Under the pieces are notes generated by a model. The model did no database searches, was not told the origin of the DNA, and saw only the letters and a program-made list of their open reading frames with translations. The translations under genes and the position numbers were made by a program. DNA of 64,000 nucleotides, from NCBI GenBank assembly GCA_013115145.1, contig JAAPAO010000038.1, positions 1-64,000 on the forward strand, in the 5' to 3' direction. This stretch comes from Perkinsus chesapeaki ATCC PRA-425. Lineage: Eukaryota; Protista; Perkinsozoa. Shown here piece by piece: positions 24,603 through 36,993 of the stretch. Each line of letters starts with the position of its first letter. The first letter of the stretch is position 1.

Positions 24603-25352
24603 TCAAACACTTGTCACTTCGCCATGAAATTCAGCACTTCGCTCAGCACGTGTCGTGTTATTTTCTGACACTTCTAGCTGTGCTTTACGAACAAGTAATA
24701 TCCACTCGAATATCACCGCAGCAGCCGGATGAATGCACACCACATCCGAGGGACTTTCAATTCCCCTCGCTTCAAGATTCTTCAGAACTTCCCGGAGCGC
24801 CCGAGCCGACCTTTTGGGAATCTTTCCAGGCGAGAAGACTGCCATTTCCAGAACTAGCTCATCCCCGAGGCTGAGCACGTCTTGCCTAAGCGCGTGCCAT
24901 GGGTGCGGCCGATCGACCTCAAAAAGAATCATAGGCAGACAAGATACGATCATTTGGACAACTGGGTGAGGTCTCGGCAACGACTTCAATTCTCGCAAAT
25001 GGTGCCCCTTCACCTTGCAGCACACCGGAGGAATTCCTGCGCGCCACGAAATATGGTCTTCAACTGAATAGTCCCGACCAAGCGATAGAGATATTCCTCC
25101 CCTCGTTGGCCGCTCAACTTTAACTGGGGGATCTGCCTGGATACTTCCGATGCATTTCCGAGCCAATGAAGCTCCAACGAAAGATATCTCAGAAACCTCC
25201 CATGACGAAATCACCGTCGCCGAGCTCCACCGGGAAGACAGACAAGGCTCGACTGAAAAGATACTTTTTAGGTCAACCTGGAAACTACCGGGCAACTTAC
25301 TCCTGGTCATTACTGTACAGAGAACACCTGTGACATTCATTTTCCCTAGCAA
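24603..25352 (-). CDS. Intronless hypothetical protein (249-aa open frame, open for about 45 more codons upstream)
   Basis: Long open frame with protein-like composition; no motif recognised and the start is unclear. Confidence 0.4.
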   Translation of the reverse strand: MLGKMNVTGVLCTVMTRSKLPGSFQVDLKSIFSVEPCLSSRWSSATVISSWEVSEISFVGASLARKCIGSIQADPPVKVERPTRGGISLSLGRDYSVEDHISWRAGIPPVCCKVKGHHLRELKSLPRPHPVVQMIVSCLPMILFEVDRPHPWHALRQDVLSLGDELVLEMAVFSPGKIPKRSARALREVLKNLEARGIESPSDVVCIHPAAAVIFEWILLVRKAQLEVSENNTTRAERSAEFHGEVTSV

Positions 25353-25949
25353 CCTCGTGAGCCGTTTTCTGTAGACATCCAGGAGGTCCTCTATCGCGCT
25401 CGGAATGATATAAGATACGTTCTCCGCACCGACCAGAGGGTACGGGAAGCAATGCTTGCAAAATAGTTGCTCCTCATTTACTATGGCGCATCCGAAAACT
25501 ACCGTTAGACAACTGAAAAAAGCGAAAACGAGCTTATATAATTTAGCCGGGTTCCGACCAAGATATTGATATTGTAATTTGCAACGTCTAAATCAAACAA
25601 ATCAACGAATGGCAAAACTTGCGCACGGCTTCAAGTGATGCACTCGTTCTTCCCTTTGGCGGTGTAGGGGCTTGGTAGGGATGTCTCGTCGATCTCGGAA
25701 CATGGAGGGTCCGTGGCCGGGATACCAAGGTAAAAGGTTTACAAATATAATAACGCAACCAAGGAGTGTATACAGTGAGCCTCCAAGACATAAAATATGG
25801 CTCGGCTTCAAGGTGGTGCGTAGAGTGACACGCACGAATTCTCGGTCTGTCTCGGACGGTGATAAGGCTTGGAGTCTATGAAGGGACTCAGAAGATAGCT
25901 TAAATACAAACTATAGTCTAGAGTCTATAGGCTGTAGCTATTGTACAGC

Positions 25950-26560
25950 CTACTATCTCTGTTATATACGGCCACAGAGTCAGTGACACAGAGAAAGCGC
26001 ATTCAGTGCACCTCCAAAAATATAGACTGTTCGCTCGCAACGTAAATACGGAGTTGGATTCCGTGCATAGGATAGAATTCGCTCCTTGCGAGCTTGGCAA
26101 GAGCTCGTTTTGGATCCTAGGGGCAAGATGTGCTTCTTTCCAGATAGAAGTTACGCAGCGTCCGTGTGAGCTGGCGAGCAAGCTCCATAATTCCGAAGAA
26201 ATTGCCGGGATTCTTCGAGTCAATGCTTTCCCAATGGCCCCGCAAGGCGATTCCCCGACAGCTGCAGAAGAGCATGACCGACACTACAGCCTACTGCCGA
26301 TCAGTCTGAATCTGTAAATATATGGCAGATATTTCCCAAGAGCGCGAGGGGTTCCTCAGCACTCCGAATCACCTCTCGACGTCGCCTTCAAAAGGCGATA
26401 TGCACATACTTCAACCCTAACATCCACCAAGGTTCCGACGGAGCCGGCGGGTGAAGGAATCCTGGTCTTCGGACGTGCAGATGTCTAGAATTTTCATTGT
26501 AGACACGGGGAGGAGCTGCTTGGGCATAATGACATTTCTATTATAGAGACGGAACTCCTT
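25950..26560 (-). mobile_element. Decayed hAT-superfamily transposase fragment (ZMYM1/DUF4371-like region)
   Basis: VMLFCSCRGIALRGHWESIDSKNPGNFFGIMEL matches the ALRGH..E...N.GNF motif, followed after a frameshift by PRIQNEL (cf. SPxIQNEL). Several stops. Confidence 0.75.
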
Positions 26561-27560
26561 AGAGGGTGGGTGACCTTGAAGCGGCGGCACTGACCCAGAT
26601 ATGAGACCTCCTGATGAATCTCGTCAGTAGGTATAGTTCCCTCAAGCCGCTTGTTGTTCCTGGAAGTATATTAGCAGAAGATTTTCCCTTGAACATCCAA
26701 AATAGGAAATTAGGTTGACAAATTACTACAAAAATCTCGGGTGGAAATAGTGCTTCCAACGAAACTATCACGAGTGTGCATCTGCCGAACCGTAACCGTG
26801 TACACAAGTTACACTCTATATCATTTCACACAGACGTTCTCTACACGTCTTATGTCGCCGATGTACGGAATTGGCGAGGTCATGCAACTTCGTACCGCAC
26901 AATCTACCCAATCTCATAGGAAAACGCTCAATATAACTTTTCAGCGTCTACGATGAGCGTTTACGATTAGAAGTAAACTCGGCAAAGACTGTCACGGCTA
27001 TCAGAACTCAGATATTCTACAGATAATGGTGAAAATGATCATTGAACTTCACATATTGGAAGAAACAACGTATTGAATGTTATTCAGATTTTCCTGCTTG
27101 CCGGTAAATATGGATTTGGAAAATCACGAATGTTGCCACATCGCCGAAATTAACCAAGTTCGTTCGGTAACGCAAGCACTTACCCTACTGGGGCATCTAG
27201 TTCACCGTCTCCGAGCATAGTCTCGACAATATAATCGAACAGGCAATCACCAAGTGGGAACGCACTCAACTGGAGGATCCATTGCGGACGAGGTTCGAAG
27301 ACAGCTTACTGCGCACAGTGAAGATTTAAAAAATACTTTGCACTGGCCAATGTCAGCCGCGGCTGGCTCGATCGAGTAATATGTCCGGAGCAGCGCAGCT
27401 ATAGAAGAATCTAAGGAGATTAAAAATTCACTGGATTCAATTCGAGGGCTGAATCAAGACTATAGACCTGGAGAGTAACATTTTTCGAAGAAATCGCTGA
27501 ACTCTCTGCTCGAAGAGGAGCAGCATTCCTCGATTCTTTCGTTCCGACTGTCCTAAATTT

Positions 27561-30372
27561 CTAGCTGTATCTCCGCATTACGAGTAAAAGATGAGCCTCG
27601 ATGGCTGTTTGAGGGAAGAATTGTGTTTGCCTATCTTTGTAATGAGTCTCTCTCTCGCACACGGATACGTTTTCCAAACCTCTACATTTGGCCACACGCA
27701 TGAAGTAAGACGAATCCCATTTACCTGGCGGAGGCAGCTTCCCTATAGAGGCTGACGCAGTTATAAACGGTGACGAAGATACCATCAACAACAAACAGCT
27801 GTGGAACTCAAATCGATCACATAATCGATCATTACTCACTAAAACTCGAGTCACTTTTTCTCGGACATCAAATGGAACACATCAGAACATGCCACGGAGG
27901 TCTCATTCAGTATACTAGTAACATCGATTAGTTAAAATCACCTACTCCTCCCTTTATCGATTATCTCCGCCACTGGCCCCAGCTCCTTGTTGCCTCCCAC
28001 ACCCAGTGCCCAGTTGCCACCCACACAAGCATCATCTAGATACTTACCTGCGGAACCCATCTCAAAAACTAACCCGAGCAGACATTTGGGAGAATAATTC
28101 CCGCACGGTACAACGCAATGGACACGCTCCAACCTGAGATTCATTTTTCCGAAATAATAATTAATTCTTTGGATTGATCTGTGCACCGCCACACAAAATT
28201 TTCCCGAAAATTTCGGAATTTCACCGGCTCACATTTTTCCAGAATTCTACATAACAGTTCCCCTCCTCTTTGACCAACAGCACCGACAGCTCTCGCCTGA
28301 ACAGATCATATCAAAATCGTCACGCGCCCGGAAAATACCGATATTGAAGATCGCTCTCCTTTCTCCAAAGCCGCGACAAGTCTGTCGTATCCGACGTGAT
28401 TAAGAAAGTTTTGAAGCCCCTCATTCCCAAACTGATTGTTATCGATCCGCAGCTTCTCCAAAGCCCCCTTCTCTAACATAAGATATCGTACCTGATACTC
28501 ACCGTGTCACATTGCGCTAAAATCCACATTGAACTGACCATACGGACACATCTAGGATCGCGTGCAGCAGATTCAGACCGCCCTGAGATGCGCGTTAGGG
28601 ACTGGTGATTTCCTATCGAAGCTACTGGAGCCCAAATCTCGATTTAGTGTATAAGTGCGTACACCGAAGGCTAACGAGTATCGAATCATTGCTATACTAT
28701 TTTCAACACCAAGTGTCCCTCACCATCTTCCCGAGTATCCCTCCACCTTCCGCTCCCATCAGACCACACCTGCCGACGTTGAGGTAACTTAATGCTGGCA
28801 GCGTGGGATGGCATCTCGAAGATCGCACGGTGCTCTGCCGTTTAAAGGAAGGCTTCAATCGACCTGAAAGATTCCCGTTCGGAAATACCGGTACATGACA
28901 AAGAAATCAGATGGTTCTCTCAGCTAGTCCGGGATAGCAGACTAATTGATACATGTCTAAATTTTCCGATTCCATTTTCCCAGAAAATATTCTGAGGCGC
29001 TTCACAGAGAACTGTGAAGCTACTAACTCTCTGGTCTACATACCATAATCATCGTCTGACCATCTTAACATGGACGTACAAAAGAGCCTCCGGTACGTAA
29101 TTAATTCTCTTCACCGAAATGCAAGGCAGCCTAGCGGTAAAATACCCGACCATCAACCAGAAGGTCCCAAGTTCTATCCCACCCATTATATCTTTAAATG
29201 CATTATTTCCAAGCTCGCTATTATCACTCAAATCCAACCTCTTCAACTTTTCGCATCTTCCAGCCAATAAATCACCCAAGATCCGCCCACTGTCCAGACC
29301 CCTGAAAATGTGAAACAAAAATCGCTTCGCTCCGCTAGGTCATTCCATTCCTTACACGCCAGCCAGGTGCAGCACTTGCAAATTCGCAAATGTGCACCCC
29401 AACCACATCGACTGGCTTCCACTGCCGGCAACCGCACTTGGACCACACACGTCTATCAGCTCCAAATTAGCATCTTGCAGAAGAATCATAATCGATCAGG
29501 TGATCGATTTGGACTCCACATTATTACAATTAGCTTTCCCCACCAACAACATCACATTTTCTGGCGGTAAGCCACTCACTCTGAGCTTCCTCAAATTTAT
29601 CTTAGGTTCAACCGTGCATGTACCATCCGGAAAAGATTCCCCGACACCATCGGCCGCCAAATCGCTTGCTTTTCTTCCTCTAATATCCAACTAAGCCCAA
29701 AAGAACCATGCTGGGCGAGCGAAATTGTTTCGAGCCAAAACGAAATTAGCCGAATCCTCGCGGGCAGCCCTACCTCTTCAAGATTTGGGGATCTACCCAA
29801 TACTTCCCTCACCAATCCCGCAAACTCTTTCCGATCAAACGTCACTGCGCCACAAAAATCCCTTGCCGTCACGTCCACAATCAACCTGGCCAACTTCGGC
29901 AGGGAATCTTTTGCCGAGGTCAAAATATGATGCAAACCTTCCAAAGTCTGAAAATACCGAATCATTGCTACAAAAAAAATAAAGCTCTTGCGAGTATATT
30001 AAGAATAATTTGTCATCACCTTAAACTTCAGAAGAACCTCTGCGCAAAATAACAGCTGTGGTTCATACCAGAAAAACCAGATGCGCGCCCAAAATGAGTT
30101 TCGCCGCACACCTTGATCCTTCCGCTATACAGAACACTCCAATCCAGCACCATCTCACTACATTCTTCATCCTCAACGAAATGGTACACTTTCCATCGCC
30201 GACCTAAAAAGAAAAGTTGAGGAAACGCGAGAATGGCCAAGATTGCAAGATTTCCCATATTACCTTCCATACATAATCTCCTACAAGATGGACTTGCCCC
30301 TCCAAATCTTAGAATATCTTTCGAGTCCAAAAACTGCGCCAAAACCTGACCATCCGACCCTGACTCAGACAT
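27561..30372 (-). CDS. F-box / leucine-rich-repeat protein, multi-exon (boundaries approximate)
   Basis: N-terminal QVLAQFLDSKDILRFGGASPSCRRL (F-box-like) and LRR-type segments SPNLEEVGL, NLRKLRVSGL and CEKLKRLDLSDNSELGN. Confidence 0.6.
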
Positions 30373-30422
30373 TTATTAAACATCCATTTTACCCTATATT
30401 AGAGTGCGGATTTTAATACAGT

Positions 30423-31690
30423 CTATATACCCAACGCAACATCTAGAAATATCCGGTCAGGACAGGTAAAAAAATTTCCTGAGGAGAATTCCGAGCTGAT
30501 TCCTTTTCTGTTGAGTTCTCCGTAAACGATTACCATCATATCGAGCTTGCCCGATTCTGATACAAAGTACGTGGCCCTAAAATCTCCCTCGAAACCGGGA
30601 ACCGGACACGTTCTCCTCACTGAGACATTTTCTATTGGTAAAAAACTACCTTCAACAATCTTACAAAGACTCTCACAATTAAATGTATGCCCCCCGCTGA
30701 AATTCGAATCCTCTTTTGATGGTAAGTACTGTACACACCTACCGAGTCCGGACTAACTAGTGGGAGAGGTACCGGCCATCTACTTCATACAAATGGGAGA
30801 CTCGGAAGAGTAAGTGATGTGTTATAGCCCATAGCACTCCTCGCTACCTCATAAGCCCCTCTTAGAGCTTGATTGAGCAATCCATCTCCAAACCTGCACG
30901 ACCACTCTGACTTTGCCTGAGGTGCCGATACCTCAACAACAACATCTTTGATAATTCCTATCCGGAGCTCTAAGAGACTGACAAGAGCATTTCCTGAATC
31001 TGCTTCTCAGTAGCGAAATATTTTATCACCATCGGAAAACATGAGCCATTCAAGCAACATTAGCGGCGAATGTAGTCTCCTCTTCTATTACCCGCCGTCC
31101 TTCCTTTATTACCAGTTTAACCGCGCCTTCAAGCGCTACAACGTCCCTTTTCTGCCAAGCCACTCTCTTTAATAATTCATCCAATTGTTGCTTGGCGTTA
31201 ACCAGTAACTACATGACAAAGAATAACGAAAAGTTGAATCAAGTAAATTCACGATCAAAACTTCAAGCGATACTATAGAATAACTCATATAGTAGACGAT
31301 AAAGTTGTAAGGGCCGACTCGATGTTATCACACGCGCGGAGCTCGAAAAAGAACCACTGGAGACGATAGGAAATTACACTACATCAAATGATGATGAATT
31401 GATCGAGAGAAAGTACCGTTATACAATATTGCTGGGTTATCGACGAAAGTCCTCTTGCTCGGTGTCCTAACTATTATCCTAACTCTACCCCCTCCCAGTC
31501 CCCTCACTACCTTCTCCTTCCTTATTATAAACTCCCCCAAATCCTCATCACTAATAGTTCGTATTGGATGCCTATCATCCATCAACTCCAACATTGCATC
31601 TCCTTCATACGCTCTAACAGCAGCCGGTAAGCAACCACCTATCCGACTTCCACCCTGCCGTAGCCGCTGCTGCTGCTGACGTAGCTTCAT
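30423..31690 (-). CDS. Hypothetical multi-exon protein
   Basis: ATG-initiated MKLRQQQQRL exon, a helical exon LVNAKQQLDELLKRVAWQKRDVVALEGAVKL, and a terminal exon ending FLDVALGI*. Confidence 0.5.
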
Positions 31691-32078
31691 TTAAACAGAT
31701 GACTAACAACTGAGCAATAACCCTGCTCGCTAGACACGGTGATCGATAAGGAATAACGACAACTACAATCTCCGACTAAGAGTGTCCCTGCCAGCGACTC
31801 GCTGGACGCTTGGTGGCTGCTGCCCCCAGATCAGATCCGATGGCCTGTCCTTCCTACTTCACTCCTTACAACCCAAGCATCTTCCTTCACTTACTTCCTT
31901 ATTATGTTTTCGAACGATGGCTCGGCGATAAAAGCACCCCTAACAAATTTCATCCGGTATCGTTTTGAAAACAACCATGATTATCACTTGGATCCCACTT
32001 CTCAGAGATAGACTACAAATAATATCCTACAAATCCCGACCTCTCCCACCAAACGCAAGCTTCAACCTAAGATACCAT

Positions 32079-35000
32079 CTATCCAGAAATAGCCTCCAAT
32101 GGTGGCACATCACTCTCATCATAGTCACCATGTGTTCCCCTCTCAACTTCCTTTAATAAATCATCATCATCGTTATTAACTATCCCCAAAGATACGCTCT
32201 TACTCAACGGCAGCTGCTTCGCTCCGCTAGAAATGACACACTTCTCTTCCTTCTCAACTTTAGACGATCTAGTCGGCGGGAAATTCTAAACACAAGTAGA
32301 ATAATAAGCACCACTCGCCTCTTTATATTTTACTAATTTAACTACTTCCCCATATGAATCCAGAAAGAGCTCCCTTTCAGCACTAGAAGCTCCCCTCGGC
32401 ATCCAAACAGGCAAACACACATTGCCATCGTTCCAATCGCCCCCTAGTAGGTCTATCAGTTTGCTGAATTTGAAGCTGTAGAACTGTACCACCGAGCTCG
32501 AGAGGTCCTCCCGAGACACGCGCTATCATTTCGAATTCTTCGGAGCGTATAATATTCTGACAAACATTATCACCTTCGCTCCGTCTTTTTCAGCTTTCTG
32601 CTCGGCGGCCACTCGTAACAGGCCAGCCCTGTCCGCCCGGGGCATTTCGATTCTAAGTAAAACGTGACGGGATCGAACTCACGACCTTCCGCTTTAGGAG
32701 CAAGAATACTAACCTACTGCTCTATCCTTACCTTAATGCACCAGTTGTCTTACTTCGCTTTACCGACGATGCATCCACAAGAACTTCACAAGGCGTTCTC
32801 AACTGAGTTAACTTATCCTTTATTATACACCTGCGATGATACCGTCATATCAGGTGTCGAGTCACTAGCCTTCCACCTAACTTTTTCAGTCAAAGAAGAA
32901 AATTAGAACAGAAAATTACCCACAGTAAAAACACGATATTTTTTTCACCCCTAACATTACCAAACGTTAAGCAATATACCTCCGTAAAGGAGAGCGTGCA
33001 GCCTCTACCAGAGCCGAAGAGCTCTCTACGCCTTAGAACCCTAGTTGAACACAGACCACACTTCTTCCAACCCAAAGCCGCTCCACGCTCCATGTTAACA
33101 TTTCCCTCCTTCGACCCGCACCTTATATAATTAGGTTGAACATCCACATCTATTAAACTGGTATCCAAGTAAGCCGGCACATCGATCTCAATCACCACCA
33201 TACCGGGACTTCCAAACTCGTCAATATGGAAATTATACTTTCCTTCATTGCACTGCCGTATCTGATCCCAAAGGTCCCAGGTTCGATCCCCGGTGCCGGC
33301 GTTTTTATATATTATTCTCATTCCACAATTCTAATGTTCCCATCCGTCTAAAGCCATAAGTAGTATACCAAACTCTTCAACATAAATCTTCGGAATCGAC
33401 GATATCGATCAACCGTTTCATGCCACTATTTGTCCGACAGCCACCAAGATGGTTCTCGCTAATTCGCTTGGAAGTAAACAAGACAATACAGAAGACATAC
33501 CACTGGTCAGCCATAAAATAGACCGTCACGCGCCACAAAATTACCCCTACCTCCCCTCTATGATTCAATGCCTCCGGTATCACTCGTGGTGGCTTCGGTT
33601 CAATTCCTATACAGCCACTACAGCGGAGCGAAGCGATTCACGTTTGCCATTTTTATTACCCAGCCTTTTCTTTTCCCTTTTATCCTTCTCCTCTTTAACA
33701 GCCGCCTGCTCCCTATACATCTCCAACCGTGACTCTTTCGTGTACGCATCTGATAGCTATAATGGAGAGATAACCAAACATCGACATATGGGAGCCCCAA
33801 CCAGAGCCAGCAATTCATTCTTCACAATTTAGAAAATCAATTTCACCATACAACGCCGCAATGTTAACACAAGTAGCAATAAATACTATCCCCAAATTCC
33901 CACTTTAACGGGATCGTCGGATCGAGTATAATGAAGAGTTTTCAAACAGTGAGATTGACACTGTAGATGCTACGGGCATTAACATCAAGCCCATCCTCTT
34001 TGATAAGTCTCGAGCGCTACTTGTGTACACTGCCCCTCAATCCCCCTCTCTGTTATAACCTTTGCTCGGTTTAATATTATTCTCCATTTCATATTTCTTC
34101 CGCTTTATTGAAACATCTGCGAGCTTTTCCAACTCCTTCTCCAACTTACTGATAACTCTGTTCGCCTAATAAATCCTTCTTCGACCTAAGATACCCTTGC
34201 GCATGCGTGCAGATACCTCGATCCTTTCAGTGGGAGTGATCAACGTTCCATCAAGCTGCAACAAGCTCGGCAGCCTCGCTACTATATACTGCCTGCCAAA
34301 GCCCTTATCAGCTCGAGATTTGGGAGAAATATGGTGTAATTAATTCGCACCTCGCTTTCGGCCAATCCATACATGGGTTCCCCAACATATACAAATCCTC
34401 TAAATTATAATTGCACTGAAAATCAAACTCCCGCTTGCGCATGCGTGCAAGCTACCTCCAAATTAGTGATGGAGTCCTTTAGATTTTCGATGTCAATAAA
34501 ATTAACCGTCAAGTCCAACTTCCTCAAACTCTCGCAACGATCCAAGCCTGAAGCAACCAGCTCAACGACAATGATACTACTGCTACTCCGCAGCGGTAGG
34601 TTCTCAAAACAAAGCCCGAGAATAGTAATAACGACTGCGAAACTGCATAAAACGCATCACGTTTATATTACAGCTCGCATGCCACTATACTGTTTTACTA
34701 CGCACAGGCTATCACAGTGGCCGAGTCTCTATGGAAAGTGCTTACTATATCACACAAAGCCATAAATTAATAAAAACTACGCTTGTCACAATTTCAAAAA
34801 TAACGAATACGATTTCTTAACAGTCCAGCACGATAAAACCCAAAACCCAAAACCCGTTATTATTACGGCGAACCTGGCTAACCGACTTCTATCCCGATCC
34901 CCGCCATTATTACCTTCGATCTTGTCTATATTGTTTAAGGCAACATTAAGATATTCCAGTTCCTTCAATTTATTAAGATTCTCCAGCTTACCAATAACAT

Positions 35001-35662
35001 TATTTTGAAGTAACAATATTCTTATTCTTCGACATCTTTCTCCCAAGCATTTATCTATACTTTCAATCTCTTCTTGATGGAGAGCTACCTAACACAGCCT
35101 GCGGAACCTTACTAAGGACGGCGATAGGAGCCCCATCACAGCACAAGGTCTTGTCCCCAATAACAACAACAACATATTGCACGATTCGTTCTGACGCAAA
35201 AATTACTATTGCAAAGAAATCTAATTAATTCGCCTCGCACGTAACTACTACTTTAGGGATGCACCCTGACTAAGCAGCAAAGCCCAAACTGTGGGTTCTC
35301 AGAGGTTACCCAGCTAACCTCGAGTGTTTTCGGCCCCTTTCATACCCACCCAGGGCAATCTCACAATCAACGCCCCTGCACTCGTTAAGTCGGCAGAGTA
35401 ATTCAAGAACACTGCTGATTCAGCAGTGCTGAAATGCATGTCACAGCTAGGGTCACCTTCACAGCTCAAATAGTGGAGAAACCAGTTCATAATAAGAATT
35501 AAATAACAAGCAATAGCCTCGAACTCCAATCTCCAGAATTCCATATTATAGACTACAACTAGGTTACTCGGTTAACCGATAGCATACCTCTTCTAGATCA
35601 GCCAGAATCCCCTCGTTATGCTCCGCTCGTTTACGAATAAGCTCCTCAGTCAAAGGAGGCAT
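32079..35662 (-). CDS. LRRC6: Dynein axonemal assembly factor LRRC6/DNAAF11 (tilB/Seahorse) ortholog, multi-exon
   Basis: MPPLTEELIRKRAEHNEG, LLQNNVIGKLENLNKLKELEYLNVALNNI, LRKLDLTVNFI, RQCNEGKY, LDTSLIDVDVQPNY, SSVKRSKTTGAL and a C-terminal DVPPL. Confidence 0.95.
32653..32731 (-). pseudogene. 79-nt LRRC6 intron consisting of a near-full tRNA relic (Arg-CCU-like loop)
   Basis: gtaagGATAGAGCAGTAGGTTAGTATTCTTG-CTCCTAA-AGCGGAAGGTCGTGAGTTCGATCCCGTCACGttttacttag; its removal joins GALR to IEMP. Confidence 0.85.
33270..33306 (+). pseudogene. tRNA 3'-half relic (Phe-like), antisense within an LRRC6 intron and abutting the acceptor at 33262
   Basis: AAAGGTCCCAGGTTCGATCCCCGGTGCCGGCGTTTTT. Confidence 0.85.
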
Positions 35663-35748
35663 TATCAAAAATACTAAACTGACAGGACCTCTATACCCTG
35701 TAAAGTTAACATCGTAGAGGAGGAAACGGTATGAGAATCAATCAAAAT

Positions 35749-36716
35749 TTACATGCCGAAAACTCTGTATAAAAGAGCGAAGAACATAGCGGCGCCTGCA
35801 CCAAACATCGCACTATTACCTAAAAGAGAAACAGTGAGAACGCCGTCGTTGAACAGGAAAAATATATCACGAAATATTCGAGCGAAAATTGTTATGGAAA
35901 AGGACCACGCGCAACCAGCTACTACCAAGGGCCCTCATGAGGGTCTCTGGCCTGCCACTTCCAACGGGAGTAGTTGCATTGGATTTAGGATGCCACCAAT
36001 ACCTAATAATACACCCCCTGGGATTCGAACCATAAACCATAGGGTGCAGAGCCAGTAGTACTATCCAACTAGACTAAAGTCCCTCTCATATTACACTCCT
36101 CCAGAATCAGCATCCTTGATAGGCAGCCATGCATCCTCTTCCTTCGCCCTCTCAACAACCTCCTCAGGCACCTTATCCGCCTCATATAGCTTATTCATCT
36201 CATCAGGCGTCCACTATTCAAGAGCCATTTGCACCCATGCACACGATAGCATAATTACCGGACGATTGGCTTCTGGCGGCGATTTGTATACCAATGACCG
36301 CTTCCTATTTTCCGTACAGAAATACCTCCCGCTGGCCACATTGCGAACCACCCAGGCTCTGCTGCTGCTCCTCCGAAATGCACTGAGCCCCACAACACCT
36401 ATGACGAGGTATGTTACTCATTACCACGATGGCTGATATGGCTACACCGGCAGCTCGATAGAGAGTAGGCTATCGTTGATAAGTTTATACTGTCGGTCCC
36501 AAAAGAATTATGGACGTGAAGATATCTCACAGAAACAGTATTAAAAGATACCCTCTTCCTCGCCAAGAGAGCCGTCATAGTAAATCATCACACATAAATA
36601 TATATTATTTTCCACATTATTACATTCCCACCACAATGCTTGGAGGCGGAGGAATTGGTATCAGGAAGCCTACTGAAGAGAAAGCCAACAAACCCCGTCA
36701 CCACTTTTCCCAGCAT
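35749..36716 (-). CDS. Small multi-exon protein with a WW/OCRE-like aromatic motif and a C-terminal hydrophobic anchor
   Basis: Spliced reading DAWLPIKDADSGGVYWWHPKSNATTP...GNSAMFGAGAAMFFALLYRVFGM*, with a basic presequence-like N-terminus. Confidence 0.6.
36003..36094 (-). pseudogene. 92-nt intron consisting of a near-full tRNA relic (Gln-CUG-like loop)
   Basis: gtaatatgagagggacttTAGTCTAGTTGGATAGTACTACTGG-CTCTGCA-CCCTATGGTTTATGGTTCGAATCCCAGGGGGTGtattattag. Confidence 0.8.
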
Positions 36717-36993
36717 CGCCCTCTTTTACGTATTAGACTCAGAAAGATACTAGTGTTTAGACGCAGAAATAGATGAAGTCTGAAATATCGAGAGTTCGTA
36801 GTAAACATCAATCATAACAATTTCATCGATAATAACTATCCCAACCTACCTGCCTTTCTCCGCAGCATGGTGAATAGAGAAAAACAAAAATTTAAAACAT
36901 AAAACGCTTCGCCCCGCCTAAAGAATTATCAAGTTACAGCAAATGCGCAAGATAGATATCGGTATTTTCCGTCTTCGTAGCGTCGCTTTGAAA

